From Macrostomum lignano (taxonomy: Eukaryota): a stretch of DNA of 64,000 nt. Within the stretch, counting starts at the first letter, position 1. Each line of letters opens with the position of its first letter. Shown piece by piece: positions 38,713-51,130 of the stretch. The position numbers and the translations under genes were made by a program. The notes under the pieces are model-generated. The model was not told the origin of the DNA. It searched no databases and was given only the letters and a program-made list of their open reading frames with translations. The stretch spans positions 558,001 to 622,000 of the forward strand of contig NIVC01000414.1 in assembly GCA_002269645.1 (NCBI GenBank), given 5' to 3'.

Positions 38713-39700
38713 TTGCCATCCCCATCTCACCTGCTGGTTTGCCATCCCCATCTCACCTGCCGGTTTGCCATCCCCATCTCACCTGCCGGTTTGCCATCCC
38801 CATCTCACCTGCTGGTTTGCCATCCCCATCTCACCTGCCAGTTTGCCATCCCCATCTCACCTGCCGGTTTGCCATCCCCATCTCACCTGCCAGTTTGCCA
38901 TCCCCATCTCACCTGCCGGTTTGCCATCCCCATCTCACCTGCCGGTTTGCCATCCCCATCTCACCTGCTGGTTTGCCATCCCCATCTCACCTGCCAGTTT
39001 GCCATCCCCATCTCACCTGCCGGTTTGCCATCCCCATCTCACCTGCTGGTTTGCCATCCCTATCTCACCTGCCAGTTTGCCATCCCCATCTCACCTGCCA
39101 GTTTGTCATCCCCATCTCACCTGCCGGTTTGCCATCCCCATCTCACCTGCCGGTTTGCCATCCCCATCTCACCTGCTGGTTTGCCATCCCCATCTCACCT
39201 GCCAGTTTGCCATCCCCATCTCACCTGCTGGTTTGCCATCCCTATCTCACCTGCCAGTTTGCCATCCCCATCTCACCTGCTGGTTTGCCATCCCCATCTC
39301 ACCTGCCGGTTTGCCATCCCCATCTCACCTGCCAGTTTGCCATCCCCATCTCACCTGCCGGTTTGCCATCCCCATCTCACCTGCCAGTTTGCCATCCCCA
39401 TCTCACCTGCCGGTTTGCCATCCCCATCTCACCTGCCGGTTTGCCATCCCCATCTCACCTGCCAGTTTGCCATCCCCATCTCACCTGCCAGTTTGCCATC
39501 CCCATCTCACCTGCCGGTTTGCCATCCCCATCTTACCTGCTGGATTGCCATCCCCATCTCACCTGCCGGTTTGCCATCCCCATCTCACCTGCTGGTTTGC
39601 CATCCCCATCTCACCTGCTGGTTTGCCATCCCCATCTCACCTGCTGGTTTGCCATCCCCATCTCACCTGTAGGTTTGCCATCCCCATCTCACCTGCTGGT
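38713..39700. repeat. Same 26-bp minisatellite at the start of copy B
   Basis: Direct reading; longer than in copy A. Confidence 0.95.
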
Positions 39701-39754
39701 TTAAGAGCTCAAACCTGATCCCCTATTCAATTCAGATTCCACCAACCCCCGCAG

Positions 39755-42700
39755 GTGAAAATCGAGCTGCCAATCAGCACGGAGTCGCCGCTGACGCAGA
39801 GCACGGGCTGGGTGAAGGCCAGCGCCAATCCCAGCTACGATTTCGCCACCCGCTTCGAGGTGAACCGCAAAGCGCGCAGCACCGCTCGGGTGTTCAAAAT
39901 TCGCGGACTGAAATTCGATGTCATGTACCGGCGTGGCTTTCTGAAGAAGGACGGCCTGCTGGGGTCGGCCACAATGAAGCTGGAGGACCTGGAGACCCAG
40001 TGCACCTTGCACCGGGGTATTGATCTCATGGATGGCAGAAAGGCGGTTGGCGGCCGGCTTGAGGTTCAGGTGCGACTGCGCGAGCCGCTGTCCGGAGCCC
40101 AGACTGACCAGGTGAGTCGTTTGCATGAGACATTGAAATAAATTTTACTTAATAGAGCTTTCACAAGATATATAGAGGCTTTGACAGAGTTGCTTATTGG
40201 AAGCTCGCAGCCTAGTGGTTAAAGCGTCGGACTTACGACTTGAAAGATCCGAGGTTCTATTCTCGATCCCACTGGAACAATTCGTGTCTTTGAGCAAGCA
40301 AAGACCACTTAAATCTCTGCATTGCTTCAGTTTACCCAGCAGTAAAATGGGTGGCAGCATTCGCTGGGGTAATTGGGGGTGTGTGGTGACCCCCCCCCCT
40401 CCAGTCCTTGGACTGAACAGCCGTACGCAGCCTTCAGATGCGCTGAGCTCTCGGTTGCACATCTGCTTTTAGGGCAGGTGTAATCAATTATTGTATATTA
40501 TCAAATATTAAAGCATTCTACTTTCGAATTGAGCCTCGGAAAACCGGCAATTTAACACTTAGTGAGGGAACCAAGCCATTGCAGACTTGCTGCTTATTGT
40601 CTATGGCCCAAATGGAGGTCTGTGGAGCGGCCATAGAGTGGTCTAGCGCGACGCTCTGATGTGCCAGGAGCCCAGGCTCGATTCCGAATGCAGTCAAATT
40701 AATTTGGAGCAAAATTGGCTCTGCTTGGGCAATTAACGCCCTTGATTACCAAGTTAGGGCCGTTGTGCACTCCTATCTGAGTGCGTGCCTGTGCGTATGA
40801 CTGCGCACTTATCTGCGCGTTTGTGTGCCTACTCAGGGGAGTCGGCAGAATGAGCAGTAATGCCCCTCGTCGGTTGTGCGACAATTTCGCTTGAAGTGCG
40901 CCAAGCTGCGCACAGCCCCCTGCCTCTAGTAAAAGCCACTGCTATGCTCACTGAATCCTTCGTCTGACATATTCGTGTTTGTCTGATGAGACCTGCTATT
41001 TCCTATGGGTCGAAAGCTTGCGCAACCGTACGTTGAAATGGTTGATGGTTGACAACGAACAGTCAGTCTCTTCAATAGCTTCATCCCACTAATGATTGCT
41101 CCAGGCATTTTATTTAACGCACTCTTCATCCGACAGAAATAATAAGAAAATGATGTAACCGCCCTTGTCGCCTGTCCGCTCCGTAGAGAGACGAACGCAT
41201 GGCTAGAGGGGCAATGACCGTAGGCTGCCTATGACCGGGCAATGACCTGACGGACCTCCAGCACCAGACTGTCCCGCCCACATGATTAGTAGCTTTGGTA
41301 GCGCTTCGTGACCAGAGGGCCAAGGACCCACATGGACCCCACCTGTAGCCAAGGTGCAATAGTTGGTCACTCGGTCATGGTATGACCGAGTGGCTGCCAC
41401 CACTCTATGTGACCTGGCGCACCTGGATCTTTCTACCAGACCTCTCGAGGCTAGAGCCCCGCCTGGATTGGTTACCAGGGGATTTAGGCTAACAGGGGAG
41501 ACGCATGCAGCCGAGTACAGGGACTCTGCTTGGGGCATGATCGGGAACTCTGGGCTCAATCCTGGAGGATTTCTCAGCAGGGGATCCTTTGTGGCTGTGA
41601 GCGAGGCTGACTTGCGACTTTGATTACTAAGAGTAGTATGAGGCGAACATGTACTGTCTACAGTTTAGATTGCTCAGGGCGAAGGGACGCGTTAGCATGG
41701 GGTTGCAACCTTCCTACTGCCATTCTGTGCCAAGACTCGCTAATCCCTCTACTGCACGCACACGCGGCCCCGCAGCACGCACTCACAGGCGGGCTTTGCA
41801 CGGGGAGAGGCCATTAGCTTACCCAAACTTCCTTATGCTTTGCCACCCCGGGAGAAAGGCTTAGCAAGCCATGAGTGAAATGATGGTGAAAGATTGAATA
41901 ATGATGAAGTTAGTTAATAGTTAATAATTAGGCCCTTAGGCAAATAAGCAGGCAATTAGGCGGCTTCACTATTGAGTAAAATACAGCAAAAGATACGGTA
42001 TCACAATTGGCTCAGCTCTCTAATCAGACAATGGAAAATAGGCAAACCCCGGATAAGCAAAGGCAATTAGAGCACAAATTAGTAGTAGGAACTTACCGGC
42101 AGCTGCACAGAGAGAGAGAGAGGCGGAGTGACCGAGGGCGGCTGTAGGCTGCAGTCAGGCAGACGGTGAAGCGGCGATGCGCTGGAGCGACGAGGCGCTG
42201 ATGTAGATCAGGCGATGCTGATGATGCTGGGCGGTATCAGACCGCTGGCCGATAGGCGAGCTCACTTGGGGAGCTAAGGATGACTTGGCGGTAACAGACC
42301 GCGGACCGGCAGGGATTCGTCTTATAGACGAATGGGTCAGAACTCAATCTGACAGCAAGTCCAAAGAAGGACGAGGAGAGGAACAGAGATAAACTCAGTT
42401 GAGTATTCTCATGCCGAAATCGCTTCCTTTTATAGACCTCACAGCCGCCTCCTCAAGGTCGTTACCATGGCTCCCTCTCTCTGATTGGCTGCCGGCAGAA
42501 TGACGTCAGAATGAGTCATGATGAGAAGCATGAGACCGGCATAGCAACATGAGAAATCGGGAAATTGCGCAATCCGGAGGTGGGGTGGGGGGATAATTGG
42601 CGCAGCGGGTGGTCGCGAAAGTGTTGCGCAAGCAAACATTGAGAACAATAGGGCTGGGGTCGAGAACAAAGGAATTGGAAATCGGGGATAATTGGGGAAA

Positions 42701-45700
42701 ACTGAGAACAATGGAAAAGTAAACATTGGAGAAAAGGTGATAATTAGGTGCGAAAACGAGAACAAAAGAAAGAGAAAATCGGAGAAAATGTGATAATTGG
42801 TGGGGGTCGAGAGAACAAAAGAAGCAAAAACGAGAACAATAGAAGCGGAGGTGGGGTGGGTGTCACATGAGAAATTTGGGAAGGAGAACAATAGCGTGAG
42901 AAAAGGTTGCGCAAGAGAGGGGGATGAGTCATCGATGAGTCACCGAGGGGGAGAAGGGGTCACACGACTTGCGTCACCGTTTGGGAGTTTGAGAGGGGAT
43001 GGGGAGACGGTGAGCACACAAAGTACTGTAAGTAGACACAGGGAAAGAGGGGACAGCGCAGGAAAAGAGTGCAGAGGGAGACAAAAAAAAGGAGGAGGTA
43101 GAGAAAGTACAGGAAGAATAGGGCGGGAACAGAAGAGATAGGGTAGAGGGGGAGGTACAGAAAGGGGTAGGGGCTCCGGAAAGGCAGGTGTGGCGCAGGA
43201 GAGACGGGACCAAGGCAGCAGGAGGGGTGCAGCAGAGCGGGAGTCTCCAGGCCCGGTCGGAGACCTGGCCGAGTCTCGACAGCTCTGTGCAGAGGGTGCA
43301 CGGGATAGGAGGCACTTTCGAAAAAGTTCCCATGCCCTATCCCGCGACCAGAGCGTGGTTACATCAAAAAGAACAACACAAACAAGTGATTTGTTGCTGT
43401 TGACAGTTGAAGTTCAAATTCTGGAAACTATTAGCTTTATTTTAAACTTAGCTTTTTGAAAGGAATTATAATAGAGATTTCAAAATTTAAAAAGAAAATA
43501 ATTTTGAAAATTAAAAACTTACTTTGCGGACTTAGCTCCTATTTTAAAAATTTGATAAAAAATATTTTCTGGGCAACTGTTGCATGTCTGTGTGAAGAAC
43601 AATTTCTGTTTTATAGACCAGTTTGTTTTGTCAAGTTCGTCGATAAACTCGCGACTTATTGAACGACATCTCGAGCTGCTTGCTGCAGAGTCGCCGATTC
43701 GGGCACTCAAGCCAGCTGTAGCATGAGTCGAATGCTCTTCAGTGTAAACACACTGCCACCTGTGGCACCTGTCCAGTAAATATAGTTTAAATTATTATTC
43801 ACTGGAGAGGCGTGATAAATTCCGTTCGGGTTGGACTTTGTGCAGCTTTTAAACCACCAACCGGAGTTGCCACGCGCAGCAGAGCAGGAGCTACTGATTT
43901 GGTTATTGTCGCGGTCAATTGTGGAGAACTGCTTCCCTTTGTTATCCGCAAGCGAGTCGGTGGTCGTGTTGGAGCTGCCGCTCAGGTACGAAGTGTAGGT
44001 CATGGTATAGTTCGTGCTGGCATCGGCCACCGTGAAGCCGGAGTACTCGCAGACGTACAGCTCATCCGACCAGGTGACGGCCTCGACTCGCAGAAGCTTC
44101 GGCGAGCTTCCGGTCAGCTGGTGAATTTTTCTCAGACCTGAAAATGTATTTGATATGACACCTTAACTATGGCATGTATTCCTTTCTGGTGACAATCCAT
44201 TACTGCTCACCAATCCAGAAGTCGGTCTCATCTCCAAAGCCGTCCTCATACTCAGTCCATCCGCGACCGAAGCTGAGCAGTCCCTTCGATCGGTGTTGAA
44301 TGATTTTGAATGTTCGGCCTTCGATTTGAACTGGGTCTTCTGAAAAATAATCGCAATCAATTCTCTGTTGTCATTGAATTCTTTTCGAACTCATTCGTTA
44401 GTTGCCGACAGAGAATAGCTGTAATATCTTGAGCAGTCTACATGTAACTGTGCTCAAAAATATAACTTTTGGTTGGTACACTCATTTTAAGTTGCTATTA
44501 AGTATTCTAAAATATCACAGTTGTGGCGGATAATGACATACACGTACTCTTAGTAAGGTGAACATTAATCAACATATGGTTGCTAAGTTTGTGCACAAAT
44601 TAACAGCTATTTTCTGTTTGGAAAACGATTGGTCTCAAGTGATTTGGTTAAATAAGCAAAGTAAAGCGTAGCCAAACTTAACAGCCATCGCATTCAGCTT
44701 CTTACGAGTGCTAGCAGCTTTCAAAGGCGACAGCGGAGCAGCCCTTCAGGAATTGCAGCTTGCATTTCAGCGCGCACTCGGTCAGGCTGCCACCAGACGC
44801 TACCGTCGTTGGAGTAGATGTTGTCTGGGTAGCCTCCTCGGTGTAGAAAACTGCAATGAAACATTTTGCGCATCAACTTGACATGTACGAGTATTGATTA
44901 AAGATATACGAGTTCTTAAAGAAGACAGACTGATTTGACAAAGCAACGTACCATTCTCGGCGCTGACAACAGTCAGCAGGCACAGAGAGAATCCAACAGC
45001 TAGTAGGTAGTGAGGCATGATCTCGAATTTGCTCAGCAAGAGTGGTTAAACTCCATCCCTATTCGCGCCATCGTAGGTTCTTTTTATGCTCGTAAATTGC
45101 GTGACAAAACTTTCCCATAGTTACCAGGGCCTGTGGGCGGGGCCTTCTGGTATGCGAGGCTGAGCGCGGGTTAGGCTTTGAGTGGCGGTTAGTAACAGAC
45201 AATGCGCCAACCAGCTGCATGCATGCTCTACTCTTGACTTCTTTCCTACCCTCACGGTTAACGCATTCCCATGGCTCTGCCTCTTCATCTGTTTTTTCGC
45301 ATTCTGCAAAGTCTGCAGTCCTGCATGACTGTCTTACTGGCTTGAAACTTCCCAACACCAGCTAGAGACTTTTGACCGCCACCCACACAGCATGTGTGCA
45401 GCAATAGTTGCTTTATTAAGTCTTTGCAGAAGCTCCGCAAAGTAGTAGAATCCCAAGTGACAATCCTTGCAATATTTTCATCGATCGACAAGCAGCCGGG
45501 AAACTGCATATTTACTGAAGCATTATATTCCATCAGAGGCTCTATTCAGCGCTTCAACTTATGGCTAAACAGTTGGTTTCCCACTGCTTGCATTTAGAGG
45601 CTGAGGGGAAAATTCTAAAATATGAGTGCATCGCTTTACTTGCCAGCGTACAATACGAAGTATTTGCCTCTGGAATTAGAAAAATTGTGAGGGATTTCGA

Positions 45701-46675
45701 TGCCATAGTCACATTTGCTTGAATCGTGAGCATAAATGAAAAACAACTCCAAGCAACAAGTGCTTGGCGTTAAACGACCTCTTAACTGCGAAATCTACGA
45801 AAATGAGATGTTTTCGAAAGGGTTATTACTCAATATTCATCTTCCAAGGTAATTTATTTAACGCATAATGATAACTAGTGATAATAATATTTGACTACAC
45901 CTGCCCTGATAGGCAGATGTGCAAACGACAGCTCAGCCTGCTATGAAGGCTGAAGGCTGCGTACGGCTGTTCAGTCCAAGGACTGGCGGGTACGCTCGTA
46001 GGGGGTCACCACACACCCTCAATTACCCCAGCTAATGCCGGCACCCATTTTACAGCTGAGTCAACTGAATCAATGCAGAGTTAAGTGTCTTGCTCGTGGA
46101 CACAAATTGTTGTGAGTAGGATCGGGAATCGAACCCCCGACTTTGAAGTCGTGAGTCGGACGCTCTAACCACTAGGCTACAACCCAGTCATGGATTGTTA
46201 AACTCAACAACCCCTAGATCTATGCCATCCCTCACTCCCCGGTCCTCAGGTCCGTGAGCAGTGGCTGCTAATTGAGCACACCAACCAGGAGCTGCCGCCA
46301 AGCCGCCAGGCATCGGCTAGCAGAGCAGGCGGCAGTCGGGCTGGCCGTCCCCAGGGTTCAGTTCCAGAGAGCAGCGCCTACGTGCTGCAGTACGAGATCA
46401 GCCTGCTCAAGCCGCACGCTGGCACGAACTCGAAAGCTGCCGAAGCAGTCAGAGGCCTTGAGCAGCGCCTCGCCCAGCACAAGCAGCTGCTGGCCAACTG
46501 TGGCGAGGCTGAGAAGCGGCAGTACTGCTCAGTGCTGCAGCAGCTGTCGGCCACCTATGCTCAGCACGCCAAATCGGCTTTGCAGGAGAAGGACAGGGGC
46601 AAGGCTGAGAAGTTTTTTAAAAAGAAGAAGGAGGCGGACAGGGAGTTTCAGGATGTCAGTTCACGGTTGCGGTGA
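39755..46675 (+). CDS. CC2D1: Duplicated CC2D1 exons 5 and 6 (orphan copy or alternative 3' end)
   Basis: Exons 39755-40111 and 46250-46675 are the same lengths as 21563-21919 and 30072-30497, have intact splice sites and are open. No second copy of exons 1-4 in the window. Confidence 0.8.
40202..40490 (+). mobile_element. tRNA-derived SINE, family 1 (duplicate of 22011)
   Basis: Near-identical to 22011-22298. Confidence 0.75.
41151..43366. mobile_element. Solo-LTR-like insertion, 2216 bp
   Basis: Termini TGATGTAACC...GGTTACATCA (perfect 10-bp inverted repeat, TG..CA) flanked by AAAA on both sides. Absent from the homologous site in copy A (~22995-23005). TATAAAA on the minus strand at 42428-42434; no retroelement ORF recognised. 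Confidence 0.75.
43707..45018 (-). pseudogene. PAN/apple + FReD copy 3, frameshifted by a 74-nt net deletion in exon 2
   Basis: Exons 45018-44952, 44850-44706 (145 nt versus 219 nt in copy 1), 44339-44211 and 44137-43707. Exon 2 reads ..KGCSAVAFESC*. The FReD exons are near-identical to copy 1. Confidence 0.85.
45893..46183 (-). mobile_element. SINE family 1
   Basis: Reverse complement of the family 1 head, core and tail. Confidence 0.7.
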
Positions 46676-47789
46676 CTGCAAAGTTTAACAAATTCGGGTC
46701 TTGTCGACTCTTTGGGTGGGCGGAGCAAGTCATGGAAAGTGGAAGTTTGAAGTCTTGACTAATTAAATATTTGGGCCAAAAGTCTTCTGAACTGATCCAC
46801 AATGGCTTCTGATTGCCAGGTAATTTTTGTTTTGATAATCTTAATTTCGTATGAAATGTCATCTATGCTACTTGAAGTAGGGGGAATCGCTCTGCTTAAC
46901 GAATAATGCTATTGGCTGTTAATTGACTCCGCGCTTACAAAACTATTTTAAGCAAATGTTAATAATATCGATGTTTATTTATTTAGCTTTCATATTTGGA
47001 TGATTAAAATTCAGACTGAAAGTATTTCATATATGAACATGTTAATAAAGCAACTAATACTTTGTCTATATTCAGCTATGAATTCTAATTGGTGAATAAG
47101 CTTTTCCTGTTTATCAACTGGTTGTCTCTCCTTTTTAAATGGTTTCTGCAGTTTTTCTACGCATTTAATTGTATTTAAAATGACCGAAGAAATCCAATTA
47201 ACAATTTAGAGAATAAAACTAACAGAACATTACAAATTGGCTTAACAGTTTTTGTTAAAAGAAAGCCTCCGTAAAATCATGGAACAAAATCAAATCTAGT
47301 CTTTCCTTAAGTGGTATGCATGTAAAGTCCCAAAATTTTAAAATATTCTGCAGATCACTAGAGGTAAGACCGAGGATGTCTTACGAGTAATCATTGGATT
47401 GCAGGCTTCAGATTGCTTGCTGTGCGGGTTACCAGCCTGCCACGTATCAATGACATCTTCACAAAGTGCAATGCGGCATGAATCTCTGATTATTTTCAGA
47501 CAATGGTTAAAGAAATTCATGCACTAACTCCATTGTCTTCTCTAAATAGTTTTAAATAACCGCTACAGGTATATTTGCAGCGTACATAGGCGTACTAACC
47601 GCGGTCGACTCCGCTAGTCCAGGCCTACTAGTCCAGCGATTGCTTAGATGGACTACGAGCGTGTTGCAGTACACGCAGAAAACAGATCAGTTGCGGACTT
47701 AGACTAAAATTCTACTGAATCAACAGCTGAAAAATTAAGGACACATTTATGCATACTCAGCAACAGCCAACCCCCCCCCCACTACAAAA

Positions 47790-48100
47790 TGAGCGCCTCC
47801 CTGCGCGATGCAAAAAGGATTGCCTGGATGCGGCGCCATGCAAAATGATTGCCTGCGGCGCCAAAATGTATGCCTGCCTGCGGCGCCAAAATGAGTGCCT
47901 GCCTGCGGCGCCAAAATGAGTGCCTGCCAGCGGCGCCAAAATGAGTGCCTGCCTGCGGCGCCAAAATGAGTGCCTGCCTGCGGCGCCAATATGAGTGCCT
48001 GCCTGCGGCGCCAAAATGAGTGCCTGCGGCGCCAATATGAGTGCCTCCCTGCGGCGCCAAAATGAGTGCCTGCCTGCGGCGCCAATATGAGTGCCTACGG
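47790..48100. repeat. 25-bp minisatellite, copy B (short allele)
   Basis: Same unit as 32085-33520 but only about ten units. Confidence 0.9.
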
Positions 48101-48719
48101 TGCCGAAATGAGCGCTAACGATACCGATTCTCAAAATAATGCGCATTTACGAATTAAGCCACACGACTGGCAGTCAGAGTTTCTCTAGAAATAAACCCCA
48201 TCGCAACGACGAGTCACTCGTGGTTCCTGCACACGATACTGAACTAGCATTAAATGCATTGTTTAACTTTTTTGCCGCGTGACAGTTTGAGTTGGAGGTG
48301 GCTTGGTTAAGCTATTTAATATATTTACCACGGCATTTATGTATTGCAACGTAATAGTCGAACTATTCGTAGTCTTTGATCGCCAGGAACTCGACAGTAA
48401 TAACCAAACAGCAAACAGAATTTGCCTCTGTTTCTAGATCATTTTGCTTATGCCGTTGATAGGTCAAGTTTAAAGACTTTATCAGTTTATTTTTATAGAA
48501 CTTCTTGCATTCAAGAAAACTGAATGGTAATAAAAACCTAATACAGGCAAATAGGTTAAGATGATAGAACAGCTAAAACAGATAAAAAAGGATGAGTTGA
48601 GTAAATTTAAGCTTGCCTTGGATATATGTCCTTTATTTTCGCCTTGTATATTCTGCACAGACACTCTTCTTGATTCAGTGGAATAGTATCAATAAAATGT
48701 ATTCCATGCAAGCCAGGAC

Positions 48720-49345
48720 TGGAGTGCTGTCTATGGCAGCTCGGAATATGGAGATTGCTGTCTATGGCAGCTCGGAATATGGAGAGTGCTGTCTATGGCA
48801 TCTCGGAATATGGAGATTGCTGTCTATGGCATCTCGGAATATGGAGATTGCTGTCTATGGCATCTCGGAATATGGAGAGTGCTGTCTATGGCAGCTCGGA
48901 ATATGGAGAGTGCTGTCTATGGGAGCGGGGAATATGGAGAGTGCTGTCTATGGCAGCGTAGAGGATATGGAGAGTGCTGTCTATGGGAGCGGGGAATATG
49001 GAGAGTGCTGTCTATGGCAGCGTAGAGGATATGGAGAGTGCTGTCTATGGGAGCGGGGAATATGGAGAGTGCTGTCTATGGCAGCGTAGAGAATATGGAG
49101 AGTGCTGTCTATGGCAGCGTAGAGAATATGGAGAGTGCTGTCTATGGCAGCTCGGAATATGGAGAGTGCTGTCTATGGGAGCGGGGAATATGGAGAGTGC
49201 TGTCTATGGCAGCGTAGAGGATATGGAGAGTGCTGTCTATGGGAGCGGGGAATATGGAGAGTGCTGTCTATGGCAGCGTAGAGAATATGGAGAGTGCTGT
49301 CTATGGTAGCGGGGAATATGGAGAGTGCTGTCTATGGCAGCGGAG
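48720..49345. repeat. 31-bp minisatellite, copy B
   Basis: Direct reading. Confidence 0.95.
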
Positions 49346-50908
49346 AATACTTACTGAGATTATCTGCTAGCAAAACACTTGCGGGGTAGATTAGTGGTAC
49401 AGAGTGGAATACATTAGGCAAAGAACAAGAGAAATTTACATAACGAAAAACTTAGTTTCAGTTTATGGACTTCGGAATCTTGGACGGTTAGCAAAAATAT
49501 GAATACGAATTAGAAACGCACGGGTTAGAAAATGATTTTGTCAATAATCAAAATATTATTTGAAAAGCTTACATTTTAAGATTTTTCCACAATGGAGGCC
49601 AAGGTTTTTTAAGTACCGCAGTTGTGATTTTTTGAGAAAGTGAGAAAGCGAGAAGGAACGTTTGTCATACAAAGTGTAGAGGTTCACAGATACACAGAAA
49701 TAGACAGGACAGCAGAAGCTTGTACGTCCGCTCGTATATCGCAAGGACCACTGTATATTAGTATATCATATATGCCACAAGCGCGCAAATGTGTTTGAAA
49801 CAAATCGAAACATAACAAGAATTTCATCACAAGTTTAGTTATTCTCCTGTTTAGTCTGATTCTGTAGAATGCGTTCGCATCCGAAATCCCTCCTCAGGCT
49901 TGGAAGCTCAGTCTAAAACCAAGTCAAGTACAGCCATCGTTTATTGATGCGATAAAAACGTAGAAGCACACACATCAAGTCATCATGTGTAGCGAGGTTT
50001 TATACTCAGACAACGTAAATGAACGAAAGAGACCGGTATTATCTACTAGTCTTTGAACCATGCCTCCAAAGTGGTGCCTTACCAACAGCTTTAAGAGAAG
50101 TAGTTGATTTTTTATCACCCAGTGTTTCAGCACGCGCATGCGCTCTCTTCTAGCTATTATCTCAACTTTGCGTGTCAACTTTGCCGGGACATTCTTGTCT
50201 TACTTTTCACACTGTGCCTGCCATAACAGTGCCAAAAACTTACTCTTTTGGTCTGCTAATGCAATCTTCTCGTTACGTTAGCGATAGGGTCTTTGGAGCA
50301 TTCAACCAACTTTTGTGTTAGGATTAGGTTCAGCAACCCTACTTTCATAGAACTTCGTTAGATTGGACTTCAGGCGCGTCTTTTGACTCCGCTTCATCGC
50401 CTTTCGTCGCTCAACCTTGATCTTAGGTGTAGTACGAGTATTAACCATACAGCAGGTCGACTCTGGAAGCAATATATACGAGTACTTCGATCAGCCTGTC
50501 GATCTGGTGCCGTCCTCTTTCACCACTTCTAGAGCTCACAGAAAATTCTTCTTTTATGGCGGCATTTTTCAAGTCATGTGAGAGATTTGTCTGAATTTAA
50601 TTTCAGTTATAAAAAATGTATATTTAACGCCGTATATAAAAACTTATAAATCTATAAATAGGAAATATACGCGCACAACTACAATACTGACACTTTAAGA
50701 ATGAAAGTACTGAAAAACAGCCGGATATTATAAGTATTAAATTAAGTTTAGGTGAATTTTATGTGATGCTTTACTACTAGTAGGAATATGTGGAAAATAC
50801 GTTGACGAAAAAATGAATAAGTACATGTAGATTTTTTATCCATGTGTACTGTATACCGAAAGCTAATAGATTTTAGTCATGACACAGCAGTCCACATGAG
50901 GTTCTGAC

Positions 50909-51130
50909 CAGTGGCGTAGCCAGGAATTTCAATTGGGGGCGGCGGGGTTGGGCTGGCTGGCCATGCTACTTATGCCATTGCCACTTTTGGCGCCGCAGGC
51001 ACTCATTTTGGCGCCGCAGGCACTCATTTTAGCGCCGCAGGCACTCAATTGCCTCATGGTTTTTGGTACCCGCGATTGGGGGGAGGGGGGGGGGCGCGGC
51101 CCCCCGCCCCCCCCCTTGGCTACGCCACTG
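50909..51130. mobile_element. hAT-type MITE (222 bp) with 8-bp TSD
   Basis: TIR CAGTGGCGTAGC / GCTACGCCACTG; GTTCTGAC duplicated at 50901-08 and 51131-38; internal GGCACTCATTTTGGCGCCGCA units. Confidence 0.9.

Larger units (their letters stand above)
38700..49709. repeat. Segmental duplication copy B
   Basis: Differs from copy A by lacking the 4.2-kb Harbinger-like insert and ~30981-31405, by carrying the 2.2-kb LTR-like insert, and in minisatellite lengths. Confidence 0.9.

Noticed and set aside
38448-39718. 376-418 aa ORFs (PSPSHLPVCHPHLTC)
   Set aside because: 26-bp minisatellite translation.
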